64,000 nt of DNA from Podarcis vaucheri (lineage: Eukaryota): NCBI GenBank assembly GCA_965113315.1, contig OZ220368.1; one strand, 5' to 3'. Within the stretch, counting starts at the first letter, position 1. Each line of letters opens with the position of its first letter. Below, piece after piece: positions 1 to 14,200 of this stretch. Position numbers and translations under genes: made by a program. Under the pieces are notes generated by a model. The model saw only the letters and a program-made list of their open reading frames with translations. It did not search any database and had not been told where the DNA came from.

Positions 1-639
1 ACTGCTGCCCAAGCAGCCTCTTCACTGTGAGCAGCATTGCCTTGCTCAATGGGCTAGTAAATCAAGCCCCGCCTGAATGAGGGAATGGGAAGGGACAAAG
101 AGGAAGCCAGCGATTGGCTGATTTTCCTCTGATGTCACAATTCTACCAGGGCCAGTCACTGTGAACTTTAGGTGTTGAACAAAGGGGGGAAGTTTGGATG
201 GGGGATAATTTCAATTCAGATTGCACTTTGATATGATTACTCCCTAATTTGCACTTCCTGATACAGCACGAACTGAAATCGACATTCTTTGAAATTCACA
301 CTTCTCTGCATTTTGCTATGCGGTGAAATGATATGTGCCAAAATATATAAACATTAGGGGAAAGTGTGCATAGAAATGCACAATGTTAGTGAAGTGAGCA
401 TACAAAAATGTGTATATTGGGGAATGTTGCACACAAAACACTACATCTGGAGAAATGTGTACTAAAATGCTAAGTTGCCTCTGAGCCAAAGGAGCAGCCT
501 GAGTGTGCCTTGTCTGCACTCCAAGTATTATTAGATGAATCAATTCGTCTCTCAAAAACTGCTTATGCATTCCAATCATCAATACACAATCTCTGGGCCT
601 TTGCCTTTGTAGAAAACAAAGCAACTGAGGAGCAGGATC

Positions 640-1415
640 CATCTGATATTAGGAACGCAAGGAGAGCCCTGTTCAATCAGGCCAAAAGCTCTTCATTCCA
701 TCGTCTTGTTCTCATAGTGACCAACTAAATACCTATGAGAAGTCCATAAGCAGGACATGAGTCAAAGAGTACTCTCCCCACTTGTGATTCCCAGCACCTG
801 GTATTTAGAGACATACTGCCTCCAACAGTGGAGGAAGAACAAAGCCATTGTGGTTAGTAGACACTGATAGCCTTATGCTCCAAGAGTCTGTCTAATCTTC
901 TTATAAAAGCCATCCAAGTTGGGGACCATTACTACATCTTCTGGGTGTTTTCATTATGGACTCTGTGATGTTCTTTCCTTTGTCTGTGCTGAATTTTCCA
1001 ACATTGAACTTCACTGAATGACTCTAGGTTTTAGTATTATATAGGAGAAAAACTTAGCTATCCACTTTCTTCATCCCATGCACAAACTTTTACACCTCTA
1101 GAATGTTCCTCCTTGTCTTTTTCTGAAACTAAAAAGCCTCAAATGTTATATACTCCTACTATGGAGTTGCTCCAGCCCCTAGATCATTTTGGTTACCCTT
1201 TTCTAAGCCTTGTCCAGCTTTACAGTATCCTTTTTGAGGTGAGGCAACCAGAACTGTTCGCAGTATTTCAAGTGTGGTTGCACAATAGATTTGTATAACA
1301 ACATTATATTTGCAGTTTTATACTGTACTATGTGACATAATATTTTTTGCTCCAATAGGTATCACTTTACACTTGCTTGCATTGAATTGCACTTACCATT
1401 TTACTGCACATTCTC
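640..1415 (-). mobile_element. Degenerate CR1 LINE 3' fragment
   Basis: Minus strand at ~1160-1300 encodes a decayed LYKS.V.PHLEYC.QFW.PHLKKD...L.K..KR.TKMI.GLE CR1 ORF2 motif; CR1-like 3'UTR toward 640. Confidence 0.75.
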
Positions 1416-1910
1416 TTGTATTAATAGTGTATTTTTATCTTTATAGTAAGTTACCTTAGGTATTTTGTAAAAAAGGTAGACTATAAATCTTCATAATAAA
1501 TAGAATAAACTCGCTGTCTCATTTCCAGAAAGGGGAACTGTTTCTTATCTAATTACACTGCTATGAGACTCTTCTCATTTTTCAGCAAGGAAAACCATAG
1601 TCTGAGCAGCTTAGCAAAAATTTCACTTCGTATGCTATTAGAACAATTCTTCTAGACACATTTCAGAAAGATTAGAGATCACACAGAAAAGGCATAAAAC
1701 TGTTCATTGCCATTTTAAATTATTTCTGTTGAGAGATGCCCTGAGGCGTTGTTTTTTTTTTTTTTGAGGAATAAGTAGGAGTAAATAATAAAAAATGCGG
1801 GTATCTAAAGTAACGCTGAGTAACATAACCCTCCAGCACAAGGATTTCCACTTGGCACAATCGGATCTCCCCTCTCTTCCCCTTGTGTGCCCCTTAAATA
1901 TGTTCTAGGG

Positions 1911-2043
1911 CAGGCTTCCTCAACCTCAGCCCTCCAAATGTTTTTTGCCTACAACCATGATCCCTAGCTAGCAGGACCAGTGGTCGGGGATGATGGGAAT
2001 TGTAGTCTCGAAACATCTGGAGGGCCGAGGTTGAGGAAGCCTG
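1911..2043. mobile_element. hAT-type MITE with perfect 17-bp TIR and 8-bp TSD
   Basis: ttctaggg|CAGGCTTCCTCAACCTC...GAGGTTGAGGAAGCCTG|ttctaggg. Confidence 0.9.
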
Positions 2044-2159
2044 TTCTAGGGGTTCCTGCAACCCCTTCAGGGCATGTGCAGGGGATAAGTAGAAATCCTT
2101 GTGATGACGGGACATGTTAGCTGGATACTGCCCACAGTTTGCAATTCCTTACTTTACCA

Positions 2160-2395
2160 CAGAGCTTTCCAAACTGTGTGTTGCGACACATTAGTGTGTC
2201 GGCTGCAGTGTGTAGGTGTGTCACGTGAATGCTCCCCAAGCTGCTCCTGAGGCTAAAAAGAGGTTAAGTTTAACCTCTGGTTTGCTAGTAAAACAATTAC
2301 TGTGTTGTGAAATGATGCAAAATAAATTTACTGCATTGTGAAGTGATACCTGTCTAAAAAGGGTGTCACCGACATAAAAAGTTTGGAAAGCTCTC
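2160..2395. mobile_element. Non-autonomous DNA transposon (hAT-like TIR)
   Basis: CAGAGCTTTCCAAACT ... AGTTTGGAAAGCTCT inverted termini; internal GTGTGTC repeats; TSD degenerate. Confidence 0.7.
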
Positions 2396-3689
2396 TTCTA
2401 CCTGGTTAGAGTCTCCTATTAAAACTTTAAGTAATAAACAAATCTACTACTGCAAGGGGACCGTGCTGGAAAGGATCTTAACTGCCTGCATTCCTGGATC
2501 AATTCTGTGGAACATAACTCAGTCTGCTTGAAATGACCAAGGAAAATGCAAGTATCCTTCCTCTCCATCCACAGACATCAATGGACTCCTGGAGGGGAGG
2601 AAGGCAGCTTTCAAGTTTGCTGTCTGTCCCCATCATGCAACTGTCCCCATCAGTTGTGTCACAGACCAGCAAGTGCTCACAGAATAATTTACCCATAATA
2701 GCTGGATTTCATTTTCACTGTAATTTAAAAACAAAATCCAATAGTGTAGTGCTCCAGAAGGAAAAAATGGCCAGATGTTTGCCGGTATCAGAAATTTTAC
2801 AGATAAACTGAGCAAGTACATATCAAGGAACCACCATGCAACCAGGCCTCCTATAAAGTCTGTGGGTAGCAGGGCAAAGCAAGAAAGATGCTGTACTCGC
2901 CCACTGAAGTCCCTAATTTCCACTGAGCAGAAATTGTCTGGATTTCTTTCCAGGAGATACGTACAGATCTCAGGATTCATACACAAAAGTAGCCACTGTA
3001 AGTTGATAGGCATTTTGTTGTTTTTAATGCTTGTTCATTCTTTTATGCGACCATGTGCTTCTGTTGCATGATCATGTCACCATCACACTGTTAACAATGC
3101 AGAGATGGGGAGGGGGGAGCCCTACGGTCTCAGTATGTTACACCTTGAAGAAGCTTGGAGCCCCATCTGTAGTTCGTTACAATTTGTGAGCAAGTGTCTG
3201 CCTGGTGACATTTGCTCAAAACAAATGAATTGGCTTTGCTAAAACTTGATTCTTATTCTACGCTGACACTGTGTGTCTTGGTCCCTGCTGCTGTCTGCCT
3301 GAGAGACACTTTGTAACCTCAGCGATGAAAGTTAAACAGCCGGGAGTGTTTGGGGACACGTAATCGAGGCTCAATGTGGAGTGCTGGAGCAGTCCCACCC
3401 ACTCCCATAGTAGCATTTTAATGGCACCCCAGACCTAAACATATTTACTCAGGAGGCCTGTTCAATGGGGCACTCTTCCAAATATGTTAGAATTGTAGCC
3501 TGAGCATATAATCAGACTACAAAGCACAAACAAACAAATAGGAAAATGCATTCTACCATATTGCACCTGGCGATGACCTACTGTACTTGCCTATTCCTGA
3601 ATGTTTATAAATACAGCAGGCTACACTTAGATTTGGTTGTGAGTCTTCTCAGAGCAGATACCATCTCCTAGGGAAGTGAAAGCACCTAC

Positions 3690-3695
3690 TTTATT
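3690..3695 (-). terminator. Possible STRIP1 polyadenylation signal
   Basis: First clear AATAAA I noticed on the minus strand, ~1.3 kb downstream of the STRIP1 stop. Confidence 0.3.
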
Positions 3696-4987
3696 GTCAG
3701 GTCCACTTATCTACTTAAAGTAAATGCCTTTACTTCTACCACATTCACAGTCCTGGTTTGCAGGAACCCAGAGACTAGGTTCTAACAAAACATCATTGGA
3801 AGTGGCAAACTTTTGTCTGGACTGACAGTACTATTCCCGATGGCTGTGGGCGTGACTTGCAGTGGGAAAGTCCAGACACAGGCTTGCCACTTCATCTTCT
3901 GTTTATGAGAACTAGACTGGGTGGAGCATCAAGGTAGGATGGGTTACTTGCTTGGGTCACCAACATCCAGACTGAGGAGACCAGGATTATGCGACATTTA
4001 ACCAAGAAGCACAGGCACAAACAAGGTGCCCTGGCAAGGGGTCAAATTAAGCAAACTACATTGGCATGCACATCTGTGCAGCAAAGCTATTCAAAAATTG
4101 AGGCTTTCAAGCAAACGAAGGAGGAAAGAATGGCACATTGATGGAAATGGGAAAATGTCAAGAGTTTCTCTTTCCATGGTGAAGCCTTCAAAACAGAAGA
4201 TTGCTCAATGGAAAGAAATAGATATTAATATTCAATTATACTGGGACACGATCAGCAGTTGTTTAGCTGTTTGGTGCCACTACAGGAACAAAAGAAGGTA
4301 ACATCCCTGATCCAGTTAAATTGCCTTCCCTGTGAAGGGCCAAGCCATTTGTAATCCACAAGATGAGACTGGAAGCAGCTGCTATGAACACATCCTATTC
4401 CCTGCTCCCAATCCTTTCAATTATACAAGCACTAGATGGGACTCCAGATAGTTCCTTTCCCTATTAGTATGAACAACTGTATGCACCACCTATCTTTTCT
4501 CCTTTCATTCACACCACCATGATACTGTTTTCCATCCTAACAGAGAAAGGGTTCTGTCCTTTTGGGATAAGAGTGGGGGCATAGCAGAAAAAAGCTGCCA
4601 TACTACTTTTGGAACAGAATAGCTGGCCAACGTCAATGGACAGAAGCCCAACAAGGAGCATGTGAATAGCAATCAAAGCTGACACTGGTATTTTGCTCAG
4701 CGTTTTTCAATTGATCTGAGTCTCAAAGTGAACTGCTCTGAATCCATTTAGCACCTTCTAAACCAATCAGTAATTGAAGTAGCCCAAAAGATGTAGGAAA
4801 GCCATATTTGCTAGAACCTTGAGAGCAGTATAAATCCATGCCGCCACCTGGAGGAGAAGGAAAGAACTGCAGATTACAAGCCATATGAAAAACCAGTTTT
4901 ATCTCTTCTCTCTATGCCCGGTTGACCGAAGGGAAGCTGCCTTGTCCTTGGGCACACGTACTAGCTCCAATTCCCTCTTCTCAAACG

Positions 4988-5235
4988 TCATTGGAGCAAT
5001 TCTTCCCAACAGATGGGTCTAGAAAAAACTTCCCTTTCCAGCCACAAGTCATAATTCATTTGGAAATCTTCAGGCAGTTCTACGCGCTGGCCCAGAACAC
5101 TCTGCAAACAGTTATCCACAGGTAGAAAATCAGGATTGTTATGTGCCCGGTCGTAACGGCGAGAGTTGAAACGCTCTATGCTGGCACGCAGAGCACACTC
5201 CTCAGCCTGGAAGTCCCAAGGACGTGCATCCAGAT
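4988..5235 (-). CDS. STRIP1: STRIP1 exon 21 (terminal, coding part)
   Basis: [17 protein letters not shown]...WEELLQ-TGA. Confidence 0.95.
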
Positions 5236-8200
5236 CTGCAAAAGTCATGAAGCAAACAATCAGCTGAAGGAGCCAAAGAGCTCCAGTCATACCCCCACAA
5301 TGAAAATGCCATACAATGTCATACAGGCAGTCCAGCATTATGTCATCCTATTTGGCAGATCTTTAAGAAATACAACTTCTAGGGATTAGATGCATAGGGA
5401 CTTCCCAGCAGACATAGACATCAATAATATCTCACACTTGTATTCCAACCTTCTATGAAGAAGTATGGAGTGACTCCATCTTGTCATTTATGGTCACTCT
5501 AGTACAATGGAACCTCGGTTTTTGAATGTATTCTGTTTCAGAAGACTGTTTGACTTCCAAAATGTTCAAAAACTGAATATCAATGGGCGGTCAGCAAAAT
5601 CCATTGAAAAAAATGGGAAAACATGCAGCAGGAGCAGTTCAATTTCCAAGGCGCGTTTGAAAACAGAGTCAATCACTTCCAGGTTTTCTGTATTTGTGTT
5701 CCGAATTGTTCAGCTTCCGAGATGCTCAAAAACTGAGGTTCCACAGTAGAAAATAGTTTAAGGCTGAGACCCAGTGACTTGTCCAAGACTACACTATATG
5801 GTTCATTGCAAGGATCTGAACACGTATTTCTGAGGTCCAAGTTCAACACTATAGTTACTGTCTATCAAGCAACATCAATTTAGAGGTGGGGAAGCACATT
5901 CCTCAGCTTGCTCTGTTTAGGATAAGTGGAGCCATCACCATACACTCCTAGCAACTACTGATGGGATCTGTTAACAGGAAGGCAGATGGGTGATTTAAGG
6001 GAACTGGCTTGGCATAGCAGTTAAAGGCTTATGAAAGACTTGGGAGTGGGTGGAAAGAGGAGAGACAGATCCAGGACATACCATTGCCATAAGCCCAGTC
6101 ATCATTGAGCCGGTGCCGCACTTTTTGGTAGATTGCTGACATGGTCTTCATGTTGCTCTTCCTCCACTGTCGCCCCAAATACTTGGTCTGCACTTTGAGC
6201 AGCTTCAAAACGTAAAGCTGCATCATGGCTTGCTTCACTTTGAGGGCTCGTTTCAGAATGGGAGCAGACTTGAATACCACCAACATCTGAGAAAGCAAAG
6301 GAACACTCTCAGTTTTCTAAGACTTCATCTGTGCCTTGGTCACCATCCATTTGCTTAAGGCCAAAAGGATGGTACATCATCAATAAAGCCTTAACAGCCC
6401 TATGAGAGGAGGCCCTTCTACTCACCATAGTCCTTGAGTGCTTCCACTTTGTTAATTTGTTCAGTATCCTAAGTAGATTAATGCAGGAAAACAGGTTTCG
6501 CCAGCAAAACTGATTGTTGTCTCCAGCTTCCTATAGGAAAAAAAAAAACAAAGGAAATATTACCAAGTAAGGAAAGTGAGAAATTGCCCCTTATTGACAA
6601 TGCCATCTCCACCCCTCAGCTATATATGTTTCTGTCCAGGTAGTTTAGCTCACCAGACTCTCTGCAGTCAGCTCAGGCAGCTCATGCACCACACAGTATG
6701 GGTAATCCAAAACAGAGATGCTAAAAAACACAAAAAACCCCAAACGGATCAGAATGGATGACCTATCTAGTCAAATATACCGTGTCCAAAATGGTTGCCC
6801 CTGCCAGGTTCAAACATATGAGAAAAATGATTGTGACATCATCTCCACCCACTGCTATTCAGCTGGCAACAACCAAGAGGCTTCACACATGAACATCTTT
6901 CTATATCTGCCTATCCCAGATACTTACCTACTGCCAACAAAAATAAGCAGATCAGCCAACTGCTTAGTAATGTTTTAGCCCACAAGGGCAATGCTGTCTG
7001 TTGAGTCCAGTAATGCTCATGGCCATGGGATCTACATGAACGTCACTCAATGCCTTTTCAAACAAGCACATTTTAAACCTATCCATTTTACAGACAAGTA
7101 GTAGGGTTGGTGGAGAGGAAGGATTTCTCAGCAGGTGTTTTTTATCAGTGGGATGAAACATCTTCCTTTCTCCAAGTTAAAATTGTGAAGGATAACTAGT
7201 TATTCTTAGATATCCCATCCAGATACCATCTAGGTGTCCCACTGCAAATATAGTGTCACATTTCCTGTCATAGCATTTTGGGATACAGGTGTGCTAGAGA
7301 TATTCCCACCTACCTGTTCTTGGCAGTGATATATGACATGATGTTTTGATTGAAGAATTTCAGTATAAGGGGGATGCAGTTGGCAAACACTAGGTGCTGG
7401 GCCATGTATTCGAACTGGAGCAAGGAAACAGATGTGATAAGAATGGTTAGCCAAGCAAATTCCAGATTCACTTCAATCTCTCTTTCAGTTCCAATGCTGA
7501 TTGCTCATGCCATTTCATGCTTACCTGATAGACATGGTTTAGCTTAAAATGCTTAAGCAGTAGAAGCAGAACAGCAGAAATGGCCTTTACAATTATTTCT
7601 TTGTGCCTATTCACATCAACGCCTAGTTTCATACTCTGCAACACAGTTGTTCTGGAAGGCAAAGCAGCAGTATTAGCTTCGACGGCCTGTGATGGTGACT
7701 GTGGTAGGGCAGATCTGTCTGTGCTTAATGCTATTATTTATATTTTAGGGCAATTCTCCTTTAAGTAGCACTTTATGGTCTCTCTTTTCTATAGGCCAGT
7801 AAAGAAGGTTGCTTTAATTTTAGTTAATATATGGGTGATCAAGGAAGAGATGGCAACTCCTCAATACTTTTCTCCAAGCCCTTCCTGACTCTGTTTAATA
7901 TGTCAATAAAATGAAGAATTCAACAAGCTGTTGAAGGCTCCATTTGCCAACATAAGCACTTCAGGGTGTACTGTGCAGAACAAAAGTTTAAAAGAAAAAA
8001 GTACTGCCTTGAACCCATGTATGCTATGTGGCAGAACCTATTTACCAATCTTATGAAATCTTTGTTGCTCCAGACATGGAGAAGTACTGTGCATGTATTA
8101 ATGACACATTCAAATTCAGGGGGAAAAGGTCTTCTATTGAAGCACGAGCATCAGCACTTAAGCTGCCTTGAAGCTTCTCAAGAGATTGCTGACTTAACAT

Positions 8201-11200
8201 CCCTCTCCATACTTAAGAGGCCTGCTATTTCTAAGGAGACCCATTTTAAAACAGCTTTCCAGGTCCAGTCCAAACACTTCTTTTCTCTGCTAGCAGATCT
8301 CTTAATTCTAGGCTGCACACATCATTTTGCAAGGTTCAGGACAATCAAATGTTCCATCATATGAAAAGCATTTGAATTTTTTTTATAAAGAACAGCAGGA
8401 AAGGAATGTCTAAATATACAAATAAATGTCAGCCTGCCCACTCAACGCCCAACCACTGAATGTCAAGTAAACATCCATTCATTGCCTTTGCCCTTCATTC
8501 ACCATATGCTTTCCCCCTAAGAATGAGACTCACGGCATCTCCTCTGGCAAAACATCTGCTAGGATGTTAATGGAATCGGTCTTGGCCTTGGAGGTGGGTG
8601 CTGCAGCCAGCAGGATCTTCAGCAAGGCAATCTGTGGGTGAAAGTTGAGTGAAGCAAAGAAGGCTTTCAGAAGTGCCAAAGAACAGGAAAGAGGAGAAGG
8701 AAACTCAAAAACACAGATAACGGGAAGAGATGAATATGAAACATCGAAGAAAATAGCTTGTCACATACTGGCAAGCAAAGAAGATATATATCAGAATGGG
8801 AGTTTGCATAAGCCAGCAGTGAAATGCAAACAGAGTCTAGCTATTTCTCCCATCTTGAAAATGGTAGAAAGGCTAGAGTTTAAGAAATGGGAAAAGGGTG
8901 TGCTGAAGCCTTGGGAATGAACATTAGGAGCAAACTATAACTCACCATGTACTGTGGCAGGCTAGGAAGTAGACCCTGGTACAAGATTTCTGCAGGAACT
9001 TGTTCAACCTCCTCTTCCCCCTTTATTAACACAAGGAGATAATAGCATCATTCATTCCAACCTCAAGTGCATGCTAAGTTAGTCTGAATATTATGAGCAT
9101 TCATCCAGAAACTCAGCAAAACTTTCCTTAATAAAGAACTCCTTCCAGAGGCAGCTGCACAGCATCATACCACATAAGGGTTGGATCCTAAGTCTCTCTT
9201 TCCAATAAGAGTGTCTCATGGGCAGAGTTCTCATGATCCAAAGCCAATAATCTGATTTGCAGGTTAGGAATCAGGAGGGATCTACTCTTTGACCAACTCA
9301 CAGCATATGCAGATAGCAAAGATCAGCCAAATGTCCAGTTCCAAATCAGAGATTCACACTTTTCTCCTTCCACTTCTTCATGCAGATGATTTTTAAACCA
9401 CAGGTCTTCCCCCTTTTGAACATTTGCCCTATGATACTTACCCCTGACAAGGGAGAACGCAGATACTCTTCTTCCATCTGTACTTGAATCTCAGCAATAG
9501 ATGTATATTTGTGCTGTAAAGAGACCGGGCAAAGAAAGTTAACCTCATTATCTTGGAAGCCCCGTAAATTCAAGCACTTTTCCTGCTTAGGATATATTTC
9601 TTAGCCTGGGCAAGCAGTAACCAATTAGATGAGATGTCTTCTACGCATGCAAATTCAGAAGTCCACACAGTGAGTACTCACCAGCTTAAGAGTTTTGATG
9701 CTCTCATGAATGGGTCTAGGCAAGCCCACGACTGTGTTAGTGTCACTAGAGGGGGTGAAAGCAAAACCAGTCAGCCAGTAAATATCATAAGTGATACAAA
9801 TGAGCTATTTTGGTAAAATTGTGAACAGAAAGCTAGTCAATCTGATTAAGGGATTTCACTCTTCTCTCTGTAATGCTTTCAAACAGCACCTTTTATTTTT
9901 ATTTATTAATTAAATTTCTATACCACCCTTCATCCGAGGATCACCGGGCAGCTTACAATACTTGCTAGGCATGTCCTGATAAATTGTGCAAGAAATAAAA
10001 TTCTCTTTCATTTGTGCAAGAGCTTCCTGCTCCTATTGAGCCAATAAAAATTGTTTATTAGTAAGTTCAGATATGATTCTCTCAGGCTACCTAGCAACCT
10101 AAAAAACAGGAATGCAATGCTTGGAAATTATAGGAACCTTCCTCTCAACTTTAAAATATAAAAGCATGCTAGATTTTTAAGAATGTTCAGTTTGTGTAAT
10201 TAATTATGCATCAGGAACAGAACCTGAAATAAATAGGAGGATCTAATTGGTTGCATCTAAAATGTAATATTTTTTTTTTCTATTACAATGAAGCACTAAT
10301 ACATAATAAAGAAAAAAATATTATTTCTTAGACTTGGAAAAAGTTTGGTTATCTGGATTCAATCTGTAGTTCATATGTACCCTCTGCAATATGGTTTTGT
10401 GACTTAGTGTAGCAGGTTTTCACCATTCCTATTAAGCTTTTAGTTGTACCAGCCAAAAACCTGGAAAATGTCTGTTACCACTTGATATGCTAATTTATTT
10501 AGCAACTCTACACATGGTGGGTGTCCTAAGTCTTTTCCTGGCCCTATTCTTCATCTGTCCATAGCAATATTGCGTGTGTGTTTGTGTATACCGGCACACC
10601 TTATTTTTGTTGTTTAAGTATTTTAGTCCTTTTGGTTACTCAAATTACAGCACAATACCATAAAACATATTAGCTGCATTTATAGTTTTCAGATGCATGT
10701 ATGATTGCATGCACAGACCTCCTGAGATTTCAGGAGCTGACAAGATGGGCAGCAGAAACTCAGTGTCCGAACAGTATTACAGTAGTGGCATAACACAGGA
10801 TGAGAAACGATTATGTGAATGCTTTAAAAAAATAACGAAGCCTGAACAGCTTGATGTCTTTACTGTTTTCAGGAAAAAGTCTATGCTGCCAGTTACCCAA
10901 CACATTACCGTAACTGCATAGTAAGAAGAGATCCACAACAAACAAGCTAAGCACAAGAGGCAACAAATTTGGGGCTCCACTAACTCACTTTCCCAAGGTG
11001 TAGCCAATGAATTTGCTCCGACTTGATTCCAGAAACATCTCAATGTCTTTTTCTCTGAAGAGAAGAGAAGAGAATCATATTCAGACAGAACTTTAGGGCT
11101 CCTCAAGATTATTTCATTCACTACAAAGCCCTGGAGAGATGAAGTTCCTTAATATGCTAGACACAAAAATATGAGAATGGCTCTTCTGCTCTCAAGCATC

Positions 11201-14200
11201 CTCAAAGACATCAAGGCTCCCAAACATCATCACAACGTCAACGAGAGAAGCCAGAGCACGTATTTCGTTATAGTTATCACATTCAGAAATCTATTAGGTG
11301 CACTAGCCAAGTAGTTGAGCACTGGTTTGAGGCTGAAGATGAGAGCCTTCCAGTTCTGGGATTTTCTTTAAATACAACAATCCTATATAGGTGCTCACCT
11401 GACCTTGGGTGCCCAAGGCAAACCTTTTGGGCAAGTCAGTCGGTCAGTCGGTGGGTGCTGGATAGGAGGGGGCATCACTTCATCTCTTTCAAGAGGGAAT
11501 GTCTCTCCCTCAAGACTATTGTCATCATCATTCTCCTCCTCTTCTTCCCGGGAGTCATCAGCTTTGTAAGGATCTCGCTCATTGAAGGCATCTAAGTTAT
11601 CCTGTTTAATAAGAGCCTGGAAGAATAAACACACAGCAAATGATGTTATAGTCTGCCTTCTCCTTAGGTTCAGTGTCTTCCTAAACAAAGGAAGATTACA
11701 TCCAACCCGGATTGTACCCTGACTTACCTTGTGCTCTCGACGACCCCGTTTTTGCTGCTGCTCAATCAAATCAGAAGCAGATGCTGGAGGGGAGGCAGCC
11801 CTCATGTTGCGAATCACTTTTATGCTATCCTCAGGAAGTGGGGGGAGCCCCAACATCTCCCTTTTCTCTGCTTTCATATCCTGGAGTTCCTCAAATCCTC
11901 CAAGGGTGCACTATGGCAAGAGGATAATTGCAGGTCATTCACTTCCATTATCTCTTTGGTCACTCATAAACTCTTCAAAAACCAGTTTGTTAAAGGTAAA
12001 CCAAGACGGAGGAATGGAGGATTTGCTGCAGTTATAGGAATGTCTATCATTCTTCAAAGAACCATTTGTGTATATGAGAAGGCACAGCAGAGACCAAAGA
12101 ACATAGCATTTTAAACCTGTCTTTGTGCTCATATGAAACATTTTCACAGCTAACTTTCAAACAAATGAAGTTAAAGACATTCGCTCATGAAGGTGAGAGC
12201 TCCACATTCCTAGCAGACACACATACGGTGGTACCTCGGCTTTTGAACATCTCCGTTGATGAACATTTCGGTTTTCCAACATGCCTTGGAAGTCAAACAT
12301 GCCATGCAGCTTCTGCTGAGTGCAAGATCCTGAGGCCTAGCTGTTGGTTATTGAGTATTCAGTTTTTGAACGTTTCAGAACTCGAACGGTCTTCTGGAAT
12401 GGATTACATTCGAAAACCAAGGTACCACTGTATTTAGCATATCCTTCTCTTTCTTCAAGAAGTTCAGAGGGGCTTACATGAGACTTCTGGGCAATTCTCA
12501 TCCACTCACTGACAGGGAAAGACCACCTTAGGTTAAACAGTAGCATATGATACCTGTCTGTGGTATCTGTACTATTATGTCTTTACTCGGCAGATACCAA
12601 ACAGCCAGAGGAACACCAAGAACTCTGAAAAGCCAGGCAGGCTTATCTGAAATAGGTGTGTTTAGCTGAGCGGCAGCTGGACCACATTGTACTGATCACA
12701 GAAGTAGGTCCTTTGAAAACTAACAACAACATTGCACTTTATTGATTTCATGATCACTTAGTCTTAAACAGCTGAAAATATGTCCTTATAATCCACAAAT
12801 GGATTATATTATAGCATCCTAGTTGTAGCACCACCGTCTTTAAACTATACATTTCAGCAGTTCAAAAAGAAAAAGCAAGCCAACACGAGTTTCATTATGG
12901 CACCAATTAAAATAACTTCATTTATTTCTATGCTCTTTTTAAAAAGATTATGCATTAGTGCACTGCAAGTCCATTTATTAACTAACCTGAGATACTTTTC
13001 TGATCAATATCCAGAAATCGTTTCTTTCAATATGAAAAATTAAAACAATTTGGTGTGGTGGGATAAACATTTCATAATTAAATAAAACTATGGACTGCCT
13101 GGTTTTCAGATTTAGGCCAGCTAGTGTGCTTCTTTGTCAGTCCTGGGATTCCCATGTAAACTGAACCTCTTCCTAAGATACTTTAGCTAGCGAGAAAATA
13201 TTCACCATCTCTTTCTTCCGAGTTTCAAAATATGTATAAATTTGTTAATTTAAACAAGATAACCCAGAAGCCTCATTTCACATTAATAATGATATCCCTT
13301 CCAATGTGTCAATGGCAGCTTGATTTGCTCAGGCTTGGATCCATGATGCCATCTGCTATTTTCAAGCAATCAAAAAGCCCTGAGGATACCCAGACTCAGC
13401 TAGCAGCCAGCATAAGAAACCAGCAGCACTGCTACAGGGATATGCCAAATGGCATTATCAGGACATATATGAAAGGAATAAGCCCAACAAATTACAGAGC
13501 AGGCTCTCCTGTGTGTCTGTTTTGTCAACAATGATGGAAGAGATCAGTAAGGGATTTTTTCCCCAAGTCACTATCTAAGATCCTGCTTCAACCCAGCACT
13601 GTTCATAGCTTGTAGGTGCACTGCACAGTGCATGAAAAGGGAGTGGTCCTGTGCCTGTGGGTATAATATCCCCATCCCCAAAACTCCACTGCTGTGTATT
13701 GCAAAGTTTCCACGAGATTTTTCAATGGTGGTGGCAAACTCAACCTAGGATATTATCATACAACACACAGATGTCCTTGTAGTGGTTTACATTTATTGGT
13801 TAGCTACAATAGAGCTTTTAATAATAAAATGGACTCCGGACCTATGCACATCCTACAGCTTAAACGCTAAGCATGCTTGTCTCTGAACTGATCTCAGTCA
13901 ATAAATTAAAACAGCAGCACCACATCTCTTTGTGTAATCCTGGTTATATCCCAAGGGTACAGAGTTTTTAGTTACAGCAAAAGAAGCAATCTGTTAAAAG
14001 ACCAATTATTCGTAGGCAACAACCTCTTACCAGGACAGTCTTCCAGAGCAACAGCAACACCTTCTTCATAGGGAAGTGTGGGGCATGGCCACTGCAGAAT
14101 TTGGTCACCATTCCAAAGAGCATCACGGAAAATGGCTCATTGTTATACAGAGGTGCCCCTGAAAGGCAATATATTGGCGATGGCCATGTTACATGAAGAT

